DNA of 64,000 bases, from NCBI GenBank assembly GCA_963790305.1, contig CAWBOC010000009.1, positions 352,001-416,000 of the forward strand, written 5' to 3'. A model generated the notes under the pieces. That model was not told the origin of the DNA. It did not search any database and worked only from the letters and a program-made list of their open reading frames with translations. This stretch comes from an uncultured Gemmatimonadaceae bacterium. Lineage in GTDB: Bacteria > Gemmatimonadota > Gemmatimonadetes > Gemmatimonadales > Gemmatimonadaceae. The position numbers and the translations under genes are program-made. This document shows positions 1-9,152 of the stretch, in pieces (within the stretch, counting starts at the first letter, position 1; every line of letters starts with the position of its first letter).

Positions 1-169
1 GCGACTCAGCGCCCTCCGCCTGCGCCTCTGGCTCCACCGCGACGACGGCGACCCCCGTCTCCTGCCCACTCTGACGGATGGGCCGGAAGACGCGCACTTC
101 CTCGACGCGCTCGGGCGCGACCTGATCCGCGATCGCGAGCAGGAACCGGCGGCGCGTATCGTCCGTCAT
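1..169 (-). CDS. Hypothetical protein, N-terminal part (runs off the window)
   Basis: Read by hand: ATG at 169 overlaps the upstream TGA (ATGA). The frame MTDDTRRRFLLAIADQVAPERVEEVRVFRPIRQSGQETGVAVVAV... stays open to the window edge. Confidence 0.6.
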   Translation of the reverse strand, partial: MTDDTRRRFLLAIADQVAPERVEEVRVFRPIRQSGQETGVAVVAVEPEAQAEGAES

Positions 170-1290
170 CGAGACGCCGCGGCGGGCGCTTCCGTCTTGA
201 TGACGGCCCGCGCCGCGATCTCTCTCTCGACGTACAGTCTGAGAATGTGCATGAAATCCTGCGCATTGGTGACGACGCCGAACGCCTGGTGCGTCCCGCG
301 ATCCTTGAGCTTGCTCACGACGAACTCCGAGGAATCGACGCAGATCGTCGGCAGCTCGCGCAACGAGCCGTCCTGCTCCGTCACGAAGGCGGGAAGCATG
401 TTGCCGGTGGCGATCGCGTGCAGGGCGGTTGCGATCAGAATGGCCATCGTGGCGCGGATCGCGTGCGCGCGCATGGCGTCCTGCGCATCGAGGTTGTCCG
501 TGATCACACCGGGCAAGGGACCGTCATCGCGTATCGAACCGGTGAGCACGAACGGAACGCTGTGAACCACGCACGCGTGCATGATCCCATCGGTAATGAT
601 CCCCTGCTTGACCGCTTCGGCAATCGAGCCCGCCGCGCGCACCTTGTTGATCGCACGCATGTGCAGGCCGTGCCCGCCTATCGTGGCCTCTCCGCTCCCC
701 GTCATCCCGAGCGTGGTTCCGAAGATCGACGCCTCAATGTCGTGGACCGCGACCGCATTCCCCGCGAGCAGCGCTCCGACGAAGCCGTTGGCGATGAACC
801 AGACCATGTCGGTGCGCGCGCGGGAGTGCACCAGCGCGGGGCCAGTGACCCATACCGGATATCCACCGCGATCACGCTCCTCGACGAGAATCCTCGCCAT
901 GAGCCCGTAATCGATCGGCTTCTCGCGCGACACCTCGCTGGTCATGAACTTGAACTCGCCACCGACGGCGTCGCCGAGGAAGGCGCCCACGTGCACGTAA
1001 ATGCCTTCGCTCCCGTCTTCCTTCACGCCCACGGCCACGACCTCGCCCTTCTTCACGCGCCTTCCCTCGCGCACCCACACCTCGCCGGCCTTGTCGCGAA
1101 CGAGCGCTGCGTCCATCCGCGGTTCGCGCGGCATCCGCCATTTCCCATCGACCCGCACGTACGTCGGGAGATTCGTCGTCGAGAAAAACCCCTCGGGCAG
1201 CACGCCGTCGGCGGGCGCGGGCACGAAGCGGGCATCGGACGCCTGCGCAAACCGCGCGGCGGTGAAATCAGGATGCGAGAACGATGGCAC
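166..1290 (-). CDS. TIGR00300-family / AgrE(ArgZ) C-terminal-like ornithine cyclodeaminase-type protein
   Basis: Motifs PEGFFSTTN, FMTSEVSREKP, GPALVH, AGNAVAVHDIE, GSIRDDGPLP, LHAIATGNMLP, KLKDRGT. The GTG start at 1290 is inferred. Confidence 0.8.
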   Translation of the reverse strand: MPSFSHPDFTAARFAQASDARFVPAPADGVLPEGFFSTTNLPTYVRVDGKWRMPREPRMDAALVRDKAGEVWVREGRRVKKGEVVAVGVKEDGSEGIYVHVGAFLGDAVGGEFKFMTSEVSREKPIDYGLMARILVEERDRGGYPVWVTGPALVHSRARTDMVWFIANGFVGALLAGNAVAVHDIEASIFGTTLGMTGSGEATIGGHGLHMRAINKVRAAGSIAEAVKQGIITDGIMHACVVHSVPFVLTGSIRDDGPLPGVITDNLDAQDAMRAHAIRATMAILIATALHAIATGNMLPAFVTEQDGSLRELPTICVDSSEFVVSKLKDRGTHQAFGVVTNAQDFMHILRLYVEREIAARAVIKTEAPAAASR

Positions 1291-1374
1291 AGAAAGGCGG
1301 TGACAGATGGCGATTCGAACGGCAGGCCGCAGCGGCAATGAAAGATGGCCTGACGCCGCGCGCGGATTCAACCA

Positions 1375-2136
1375 TCACTCGTACAGATCTTTCGGGTCCA
1401 CGCTCGCCAGCTCGACGAGGAAGCTCGCAACGCGCGCCACGACCGCCTCCGTATATCGGGCCCCCTTCTCCGCGGTCGCCCGCGAGGGATCACCGATGCC
1501 CGTGTCCGCGGTCACCTTCGTCCAGGCGCGGGGCGCCCACGCCCACCCCTCGCGCATTCCCGCAGGGCGCGCGCGCTTGGCGGCTCCCGGGCCCGCTTCG
1601 CCCAGCGGACGAACGAGCTCGGGAGCGACGTGCATCATCACGCTCGTCTCGAGCTCGCCGGCGTGGTCCCCGGATTTCTCGAAGAACCCTGCCGGATCGA
1701 CGATCTTCCACCACTCAATGGCGGAGAGGAACACCGGAGTCCGTGGCGCGAGCTCGCGGATCATCTGCCGGAAATCGTTGCCGCCGTGCCCGTTCAATAG
1801 CACCAGCTTGGGGATTCCCTGGCCGGCGAGCGCGTCGACGACGTCACGCAGAACCGCCATCTGCGTCGACGGATTCATGTTGATGGTGAGCGGAATGTCG
1901 AGCTGACCGGTGTTCACCCCAAAGGGAACGGTGGGCAGCACGATCACTTTCGTCCCGCGTTCCCACGCAATGCGAGCCGCTTCGGCCGCGAGCCGATCGC
2001 ATTGCACGTTGTCCGTCCCGTACGGCAGATGATAGTTGTGCGCCTCGGTCGCGCCCCACGGGAGGATCGCGATCTCGTATCGCGTCGAGGACACCGTGCG
2101 GTACGTCGACTCGGAAAGAATGTAGGGGCGGGACAT
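1375..2136 (-). CDS. Creatininase / creatinine amidohydrolase family protein
   Basis: LPWGATEAHNYHLPYGTD, NGHGGN and DHAGELETS motifs. Confidence 0.9.
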   Translation of the reverse strand: MSRPYILSESTYRTVSSTRYEIAILPWGATEAHNYHLPYGTDNVQCDRLAAEAARIAWERGTKVIVLPTVPFGVNTGQLDIPLTINMNPSTQMAVLRDVVDALAGQGIPKLVLLNGHGGNDFRQMIRELAPRTPVFLSAIEWWKIVDPAGFFEKSGDHAGELETSVMMHVAPELVRPLGEAGPGAAKRARPAGMREGWAWAPRAWTKVTADTGIGDPSRATAEKGARYTEAVVARVASFLVELASVDPKDLYE

Positions 2137-2144
2137 GAGGAGAC

Positions 2145-2247
2145 CGGATTGCGGATCCGAGTGCGGAAATCGGAATGCGGAATGGGACGAAACCTACGCC
2201 AAAAAGCCCTCCTGCGCCCGTTCCGCATTCCGCTTTCCGCATTCGGA
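2145..2247. repeat. Intergenic inverted array of GCGGAAT heptamers (family A)
   Basis: Arms 2156-2182 and 2221-2247 are complementary at 25/27 positions. Confidence 0.9.
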
Positions 2248-2251
2248 GGAG

Positions 2252-4501
2252 CTAGAGCAGCGAGACCGGATCCCGGTCAATCACCACCCTCATGTCGTAT
2301 GCGTTCGGGATCTCGAAGCGCTCGAGAAAGTAACGCAGGACCCGGGTGAGTGAGCCGGGGTGGTCCGACTTCAGCAGGAAGTGCCAGCGCCAACGGCGCT
2401 TGATCCGATCGATGGCACAGGGCGCGGCGCCAACCACCGTCACCGGGAGGTCGGGCGCACTCACGATCAGCTGCCTTAGCCAGTCTGCGCCCGCGATCGC
2501 GACGTTCGCCGCCGGCTCCTCCGCCAGCCCGCTGACGATGACGTTCACCAGCCGCGTGTGCGGCGGGTATGGTGGATTGCGCCGCGCAGGGAGCTCCTCG
2601 GCCACGAATGAGCCATAGTCATGGGTGATGGCGCATCGGACGGCGTGGTGCGTTGGAATCCGTGTTTGAATGATCACCGATCCGCCCTTCGGTCCGCGTC
2701 CCGCGCGACCGGCGACCTGACTGAGCAGCTGGAAGCTTCGCTCAGAGGCGCGGAAGTCGGGCAGGTTGATTCCGACGTCCGCATCGACCACCCCGACCAG
2801 CGTGACGTTCGGGAAGTCGAGCCCCTTCGCGATCATCTGCGTGCCGAGCAGGATGTCGACCTCTCCGCGTCCGACGCGGTCGAGGATTTCCGCGTGAGCC
2901 CACTTTCCGCTCGTGGTGTCCACGTCCATGCGGGCGATCCGCGCCGCGGGCCAGCGCTCGCCGAGCAGCCGCTCGACCTGTTGTGTGCCCAGGCCGCGCT
3001 GACGGACGGTGCTTCCGCCGCATCGCACACATTGCGTCACCAGCGGCGCCTGGTACAGGCAGTAGTGACAGATCAGCCGCTCGGGCGCGCGATGGTAGGT
3101 GAGCGTGATGCTGCAGTTGGGGCACGAGACCACATATCCGCAGTCCGCGCATTGGACGAAGGAGGCATATCCCCGACGGTTCAACAGCAGAATGCTCTGC
3201 TCTTCTCGCTCGAGGCACTGCTGCAGCGCGCGCTCCAGACTCTCACTCACCACGCTGGAGAATTCGGTAGCCGCCTCCGGTTTCTTCCGGCGGAGGTCGA
3301 CCACGCTGACGTTAGGCATCCGACCCGCGCCAACGCGCTCGGGGAGCGTCAGCAGCCGATATTTTCCACCGTCCGCGTTGTGCCAGCTCTCGAGGCTCGG
3401 CGTCGCGCTCCCCAGGACCACGATCGCGCCCTCGTCGCGCGCACGGACCACCGAGACTTCTCGCGCGTGATATCTGGGGGTTTCGCCATTCTTGTAGCTC
3501 CCCTCGTGCTCCTCGTCGACGATCACCGCGCCGAGGTTATCGAGCGGGGCGAAGATCGCGGAGCGCGCCCCCACGGCAATCCGCTTCTCGCCCCGTTTGA
3601 GCGCGAGCCACGCGTCATAGCGTTCTCCATCGCTCAGCGCGGAGTGAAGCACCGCAATGCGATCGCCGAACACCGCGCGGAAGCGGTCGACGGTCTGCGG
3701 CGTCAGCGCGATCTCGGGCACCAGCACGATCGCCGTCTGGTTTCGGCGATCCACGATCTCGCGAAGCAGCTCAATGTAGACCAGCGTTTTGCCACTTCCG
3801 GTGACGCCGTGAAGAAGAAAGACCTCGCCCGCCTTTGCAGACACCAATGCGTCGATGGCGGCACGCTGCGGAGGGGAGGGCACGTGTCGCTCGGGCGCGA
3901 GCGGGCGCCGGAGCGCGAAGGGGTCGCGCTGCACGACCGATTCCTGCAGGGCGAGCAACTCCTTCTCGACGAGCGAATCGAGCACGCTGCGCGAAACACC
4001 CAGATGCTCCATGAGGTGCGTGGCCGGACTGCGGCCGCCCAGTGACTCGAGGAGCTCGTACAGCGCTCGCTGCTTGAGGGCGCGACCAAAGGTCTTGTCG
4101 CGCAGCTCGAGCGACGGGAGCCGGCGCGTCAGCACCGCAATGCGCTCCGTTCGCTGTTCAGGCGTCGGCCGCGCCGCACCCGCCAGCGCCAATGGCATCG
4201 CCGAGCGCAGCACGAGGCCGAGCGGAACGACGTAGTACTCCGCGATCCATCGGCAGAGCGAGAGCATGCGTTCGGCGAAGACGGGCTCCGCGTCCGGGAC
4301 CTCGAGAATGGGACGTGGACCCTTTACTGCCGTCTCATCAGAGGTGCCGAGGCAAATGCCGACGGCGCGACGCTTTCGCACCGGGACAATGACGCGCGTA
4401 CCGGGGACCAGTGGATGGGCCGGCTCGCGATCGACCGAATACGTGAATGTCTGAAAGACGGGGAGCGGGAGCGCGACCTCGACGAAGCGAGGTGCGGTCA
4501 T
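2252..4501 (-). CDS. priA: Primosomal protein N' (replication restart helicase)
   Basis: GVTGSGKT Walker A, VPEIALTPQ, DEEH, CxxC Zn motifs, GTQMIAKGLDFP, QVAGRAGR. ATG at 4501 overlaps the upstream stop. Confidence 0.97.
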   Translation of the reverse strand: MTAPRFVEVALPLPVFQTFTYSVDREPAHPLVPGTRVIVPVRKRRAVGICLGTSDETAVKGPRPILEVPDAEPVFAERMLSLCRWIAEYYVVPLGLVLRSAMPLALAGAARPTPEQRTERIAVLTRRLPSLELRDKTFGRALKQRALYELLESLGGRSPATHLMEHLGVSRSVLDSLVEKELLALQESVVQRDPFALRRPLAPERHVPSPPQRAAIDALVSAKAGEVFLLHGVTGSGKTLVYIELLREIVDRRNQTAIVLVPEIALTPQTVDRFRAVFGDRIAVLHSALSDGERYDAWLALKRGEKRIAVGARSAIFAPLDNLGAVIVDEEHEGSYKNGETPRYHAREVSVVRARDEGAIVVLGSATPSLESWHNADGGKYRLLTLPERVGAGRMPNVSVVDLRRKKPEAATEFSSVVSESLERALQQCLEREEQSILLLNRRGYASFVQCADCGYVVSCPNCSITLTYHRAPERLICHYCLYQAPLVTQCVRCGGSTVRQRGLGTQQVERLLGERWPAARIARMDVDTTSGKWAHAEILDRVGRGEVDILLGTQMIAKGLDFPNVTLVGVVDADVGINLPDFRASERSFQLLSQVAGRAGRGPKGGSVIIQTRIPTHHAVRCAITHDYGSFVAEELPARRNPPYPPHTRLVNVIVSGLAEEPAANVAIAGADWLRQLIVSAPDLPVTVVGAAPCAIDRIKRRWRWHFLLKSDHPGSLTRVLRYFLERFEIPNAYDMRVVIDRDPVSLL

Positions 4502-5517
4502 GCTTTCGTGACGCCCAACCCTGGCGCGTCGCGGAGCGCGATGCGCCCCCCCGCGATCGAAGCGCCAATGAACGGATCGTTGGCGACAAGGGCAGCCCCG
4601 TCCAGATCCGCGTAGTCGAGCAGCGGTGCCGAATGCGCCGCCGCGGTGATACCCAGACTCGTCTCGATCATGCACCCGCACATGACCAGCATCCCATGCG
4701 AGCGCGCGGTGGCGATCATGCGGAGCGCCTCTCGCAATCCACCGCACTTGGCAAGCTTGATGTTGATCCCGTCCACCGCGCCGACGAGTCGCGGAATGTC
4801 CGCGCTGGTCACGCACGATTCATCGGCGATGATCGGCAGCGGCGCCCGCTCGCGCACGAAACGGAGCCCGTCAATGTCGTGCGCTGGAAGGGGCTGCTCG
4901 ACGAACTCTACGCCATGCTCTACCAACACTCCCATCATCCGGAGCGCGTGCTTGGGCGTCCACGCAGCGTTCGCGTCGACGCGCAGCAGCTTGTCCGGCG
5001 CGGCCTCCCGCACGGCGCGCAGAATCTCCTCATCGTGGTCCGATCCCAGCTTCACCTTGAGAATCGGATACTCGGCCGCTTCCGCAACCTTGCGCTTGAT
5101 GTCGGCGGCGTCGCCAATCCCGATCGTGAAGCTCGAGCGTGGCGCACGGGCGGGATCCAGCCCCCACATCTTCCAGAGCGGAACGTTCAGACGCTTGGCG
5201 GCGAGGTCATGCAGCGCGGTGCTGATCGCGCTCTTCGCCGCACCGTTGAAGCGAATCGCGAGATCGAGCTGCCGCTCAATGTCCTCCAGCGACCAGGGAT
5301 TGATGCCATCGATGGCGGCAGCGAGCCGTGGCAGGACCGCGACGACCGTCTCCGCCGTTTCCCCATAGTACTTGCTTGGCGACGCTTCGCCCCACCCATC
5401 GTTCCCGTCCGAATCGGTCACGCGCACCCACACGACGGGAAACTCCGTCGCACCACCGCGCGCGATGGTGAAGGGGTGCGTCGTGCGAAGGGTCAGGATC
5501 TCGTGCGACAGCTTCAT
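4498..5517 (-). CDS. L-Ala-D/L-Glu dipeptide epimerase (enolase superfamily)
   Basis: GWGEA, KVKLG, VDANAAW, EQP, ADES, NIKLAKCGG, GCMIE, DLDG. Confidence 0.9.
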   Translation of the reverse strand: MKLSHEILTLRTTHPFTIARGGATEFPVVWVRVTDSDGNDGWGEASPSKYYGETAETVVAVLPRLAAAIDGINPWSLEDIERQLDLAIRFNGAAKSAISTALHDLAAKRLNVPLWKMWGLDPARAPRSSFTIGIGDAADIKRKVAEAAEYPILKVKLGSDHDEEILRAVREAAPDKLLRVDANAAWTPKHALRMMGVLVEHGVEFVEQPLPAHDIDGLRFVRERAPLPIIADESCVTSADIPRLVGAVDGINIKLAKCGGLREALRMIATARSHGMLVMCGCMIETSLGITAAAHSAPLLDYADLDGAALVANDPFIGASIAGGRIALRDAPGLGVTKA

Positions 5518-6527
5518 GAGCGCACGTTCGAGGGCGTCGCGCCAGTGCGACGCGGAACCCACGCCGCGCGCTGCTCATCCGTCGCGCCGGCGGCGCCGAG
5601 GAATGCGATGAGCGCGTCGGCCAGATCATTGCCCCGCTGGTAGCGCTCCGCCGCGGTCTTCGCCAGGCAGCGCATGACGATCTGGGCCATGGCCGCTGGA
5701 ACGCGCGAGTCGACGATGTCGAGCGATGCCGGCTGCTCGTGGACGTGCTTGTATCCGATGGAGTACGAGTCGGCCCCATCGAAGGGCGGGAATCCAACCA
5801 GCATCTCGTACAGCATCACGCCCACCGCGTAGAGGTCGCTGCGACCGTCGACCATCCGGCCCATCGCCTGCTCGGGCGACATGTAGTGGGGCGTTCCCAT
5901 CGCGCGACCGGTGCCGGTGAGGCGGGCGTGAAAGCGAGCAGTCGCGATGCCGAAGTCGGTGATCAGCGCGTTGCCATCTTCATCGAACAGGATGTTGTCA
6001 GGCTTGATGTCGCAATGCACAATGCCGTGGCGATGGGCGTAGTCGAGCGCAACTGCGACCTGCGCGCACACGGCGGCGGAGCGCGGCACAGGCACAGTTC
6101 CGTCGCGAACGACCACGTCGGCCAGCGACCCGTTCGCCAGGTACGGCATCACGAGATAGACGACGTTGTCCACCTCGCCGTAGTCCATGATCGAGCAGAT
6201 GTGCGGGTGCGACAGCTGGGACGACGCCTCCGCCTCGCGCTTGAATCGCTCGCGCATCTCGGCATCGCGCGCGAGGTGGGGGAGCAGCGCCTTGATCACC
6301 AGCGGCCGCTCCAGCACGGCGTGCTGCGCGTAGTACACGTTCGCCATTCCCCCGGTGCCAAGGCGACGGTACACGCGATACCGTCCTCCGGTGGCGCGAC
6401 GGATCGTGTCGAGCTCGTCGTCGGGCTTCGCGCCGGGCGCCTCGGGAATGTCGGGAAGATCCGCCTGGCACCGCGTGCACTTCGCGATCGAGGCCCGATT
6501 CCACGTGCCGCACTCGGGACAGAACAT
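5514..6527 (-). CDS. Hanks-type Ser/Thr protein kinase with N-terminal Zn ribbon
   Basis: CPECG...CTRC, LGTGGMANVY, HCDIKPDN, DFG, GTPHYMSPEQ, DLYAVG. Confidence 0.93.
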   Translation of the reverse strand: MFCPECGTWNRASIAKCTRCQADLPDIPEAPGAKPDDELDTIRRATGGRYRVYRRLGTGGMANVYYAQHAVLERPLVIKALLPHLARDAEMRERFKREAEASSQLSHPHICSIMDYGEVDNVVYLVMPYLANGSLADVVVRDGTVPVPRSAAVCAQVAVALDYAHRHGIVHCDIKPDNILFDEDGNALITDFGIATARFHARLTGTGRAMGTPHYMSPEQAMGRMVDGRSDLYAVGVMLYEMLVGFPPFDGADSYSIGYKHVHEQPASLDIVDSRVPAAMAQIVMRCLAKTAAERYQRGNDLADALIAFLGAAGATDEQRAAWVPRRTGATPSNVRS

Positions 6528-7142
6528 CTACGCTCCGAAGTCCATCCGCACGAAATCGTACGGAGGCCAGGGCCCGGTGATCTGAAAGCGAAGTCCGGCG
6601 GCGCGACGCGCCTGCTCCTTCACCCGATCCTCGAAATCGGCGTACTCCGCCCGGTCCACGAGATAGGCTCCGCTCAGGAGCCGCCCTTCCTCGGGGCGGA
6701 TGGGCAGCGCCGCCACGGCGAACTTTCGCAGCGCGCGAAAGCAATCGGTGGCGAGGGCCATGTGGTCGTGATCGCTGGCGTCGACATCGTCGCCGGGAAG
6801 ATCCGAGACGTGGACACGCCCCTCGCACCGTCCGTCGACGAAGTGAATGCCCTCGACCAGTGAGACGTAGTTGAGCTCCAGCCAGCGGCGGACATGATCC
6901 TCGGACTTGAAGACCGTTCCGCAGGGGGCCGGCAGAATCGTCTGCGCACGAAAGACCGCCTCCACGACTCGCTGGCAGTCGAGCATCTCGTTGTCGTCGA
7001 GCGGCGGAATCGTGTACGACGACGGGCGCACGATGGCGCCGATGTCGCGAAGCGCCACCACCGAGGTGCTATCGACGAGCGGGCGATCGTCCGCATGAGC
7101 GAGCGTCGCGACGCCGTACAGCCGAAGACCATTTACAGCCAT
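6528..7142 (-). CDS. GvpL/GvpF-family protein (orphan)
   Basis: Starts MAVNGLRLYGV. Contains TILPAPCGTVF, AYLVDR and the C-terminal signature GPWPPYDFV shared with the GvpF/L genes at 29.8-34.7 kb. Confidence 0.8.
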   Translation of the reverse strand: MAVNGLRLYGVATLAHADDRPLVDSTSVVALRDIGAIVRPSSYTIPPLDDNEMLDCQRVVEAVFRAQTILPAPCGTVFKSEDHVRRWLELNYVSLVEGIHFVDGRCEGRVHVSDLPGDDVDASDHDHMALATDCFRALRKFAVAALPIRPEEGRLLSGAYLVDRAEYADFEDRVKEQARRAAGLRFQITGPWPPYDFVRMDFGA

Positions 7143-8176
7143 TTCCGCCACAGGAGCAGGAAGAGCAGCGCACCGCCGATGGCGAGCTGCAGCCCGAGCA
7201 TCAACCAGAAGCCTAACGGGTTGTCGGACAATGGAATGTGCCGAAAGTTCATTCCCCACATGCCGCTGACCACGACGAACGGGACGCTGAGGGTCGCGAT
7301 CACCGAAAGGCCCTTGGTCACCACGCCCAGGCGATTGGAGACCTGGGTGAGGTACGCCTCCATCGTACCGCCGAGGAGGTCCCGCTGCGTCTCGAGCCCA
7401 TCGTTGATGCGGAGCACGTGATCGTACACGTCGCGGAAGTAGATCTGCGTCTCGTGCGACAGCAGGGCGTTGGGTCGGTTCGTGAGCAGGTTGAATACCT
7501 CGCGCTGCGGAAAGAGGTGTCGTCGCAATGAGAGAATCAGTCGCTTCACCTGGAGGATGTCCTGCAGCGTGTCCCGCTGGAAGCTGACGAACACACGATC
7601 CTCGAATTGCTCGACCATTCCGTCGATGCGCTCGAGGAGCGGGAAGTACTCGTCGACGGCGGTATCCATGATCAGGTGCAAGAGCCGCTGCGCCCCGCGA
7701 CCGAGCACGTCGGGGCTCCGCTCGAGCACATCCGCGACGATCATGATGCTCCGCGCGCGCTCGCCGTGGACGGTGACGAGGTAGTTGGGCCCGAGGAAGA
7801 AATACAGGTTGAACGTCTCGAGATCGTACGGGTCGGGGGTGTCGTCCTCGAAGCAGACGCCACGCACGATCATGAAGAGGTATCCGTCGTACTCCTCGAG
7901 CTTGACGCGCGATTCCGGGTTGAGCGTGTCTTCGATCGAGAGAGGGTGGAATCCGAAGACCTTCTCGAGAATGGCCAGCTGGTGGCGGTTCCTCGAGTCG
8001 ACGTCCACCCACAGCTGTCCCGCGCCCGAGCGCACGACCTCGGCGAGCTCGCGCGGGCCCAGATCGCGGCGCATCGTGCCGTCGGCATCGCGCAGCCAGC
8101 TGCGCGGGACCTTCCCCTCGACTGCCGTCAGCGGCGCGACGCTCGCCACCGTCATGCCGACCTCGCGTGTGGCCAT
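7133..8176 (-). CDS. corA: CorA Mg2+/Co2+ transporter family protein
   Basis: FGFHPLSIED, YFRDVYDH, GMWGMNF signature, two C-terminal TM helices. Confidence 0.93.
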   Translation of the reverse strand: MATREVGMTVASVAPLTAVEGKVPRSWLRDADGTMRRDLGPRELAEVVRSGAGQLWVDVDSRNRHQLAILEKVFGFHPLSIEDTLNPESRVKLEEYDGYLFMIVRGVCFEDDTPDPYDLETFNLYFFLGPNYLVTVHGERARSIMIVADVLERSPDVLGRGAQRLLHLIMDTAVDEYFPLLERIDGMVEQFEDRVFVSFQRDTLQDILQVKRLILSLRRHLFPQREVFNLLTNRPNALLSHETQIYFRDVYDHVLRINDGLETQRDLLGGTMEAYLTQVSNRLGVVTKGLSVIATLSVPFVVVSGMWGMNFRHIPLSDNPLGFWLMLGLQLAIGGALLFLLLWRKWL

Positions 8177-8973
8177 TTCACACCCTTGATCAACTGAAAT
8201 CCAATCGCGCGCTCGCGCGACAGCTCGCGGAGCAGCGTCGTTTCGCGCTCGACCGCACTGCGTGCCTCACGCCAGCCCCACACGCGCCAGGCGCGCCCGA
8301 GAATCTGCATCTTTTGCCGCCAATTGAGCACTGGGGCCTGCGTCGCGCTCGCTCCAGTCCAGCGCGCGCCCGAGGCGGAGCCGGTCGTCCAGTCCTGAAC
8401 CTGCACGTCGACGACACCCGCGTCGCGTAGCATCTGCTTCCACTCCACGAGAAGAAAGGGGCGCAGACCGAGCCGCTCGATCAGCAGCTCCCGCGCGCCG
8501 ACGGAAATGTCGGAGCTCCATGTCGGCTGGAGAAGGACGACGGGCCCCATCGGCTTGGTCACGCGCACCAGCTCGGCGACCGCGCGCGCTGGGTCGCCTG
8601 AGGACGAGAGCGCGGGCTCACCGATCGCGATGTCGAACACCGCCGTCTCATAGGGGAGATCATCGAGTGGGGCGCCCTGGTAATGCAGCTGGGGCGCGGT
8701 CTGCAGCGCTCGCGCGCGCGTTTCTGCCCCCTCGATCGCGTCCAGGTCGGGGTCGACACCGGTGACCGATGCCGCCGTCCGAAGTGCCAGCCACTCCGCG
8801 GTGACCCCGTCGCCGCATCCGGAGACGACGATCTCCTTCTTCGGCGCGGCCTCCGTGACCCTCGCAACCTCTCGATAGAGGTCTTCGCCGGTCGCGCGCC
8901 AGCGGCCAAGCACCGCCATCTGGACGAGGCGGAGGACCGCCGGCACCGGCGGGACGCGCGGAGTTGCGCTCAT
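8152..8973 (-). CDS. Class I SAM-dependent methyltransferase
   Basis: SGCGDG, TGVD, LPYETAVFD, ELVRVTKPMG. Confidence 0.8.
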   Translation of the reverse strand: MSATPRVPPVPAVLRLVQMAVLGRWRATGEDLYREVARVTEAAPKKEIVVSGCGDGVTAEWLALRTAASVTGVDPDLDAIEGAETRARALQTAPQLHYQGAPLDDLPYETAVFDIAIGEPALSSSGDPARAVAELVRVTKPMGPVVLLQPTWSSDISVGARELLIERLGLRPFLLVEWKQMLRDAGVVDVQVQDWTTGSASGARWTGASATQAPVLNWRQKMQILGRAWRVWGWREARSAVERETTLLRELSRERAIGFQLIKGVKWPHARSA

Positions 8974-9008
8974 GTGGGGCGAAATCTACCCCGGGCGCGC
9001 GGAGACGG

Positions 9009-9148
9009 GGAGTCAGGGGTCAGGAGTCAGGGGTCAGGGGTGGAAAGGCGCGGCAGCGAAGCTGCCGCGCTCATCTGATGAGGGCCGCACGCGCGAAGCG
9101 CGGCGGCCCCTTTCCACCCCTGACCCCTGACTCCTGACTCCTGACCCC
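9009..9148. repeat. Branched palindromic element with GG(A/G)GTCA heptamer arms (family B)
   Basis: 40-bp arms 9009-9048 and 9109-9148 (38/40 complementary) enclose three hairpins. Confidence 0.92.
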
Positions 9149-9152
9149 TACC

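Noticed and set aside
9043..9110. Hammerhead ribozyme-like words (GAAA...stem...TC...CTGATGAG) on the + strand
   Set aside because: Only 2 nt separate the putative cleavage site from CTGATGA, so stem I cannot form. CTGATGAG is part of its own hairpin, and flanking genes are on the other strand.
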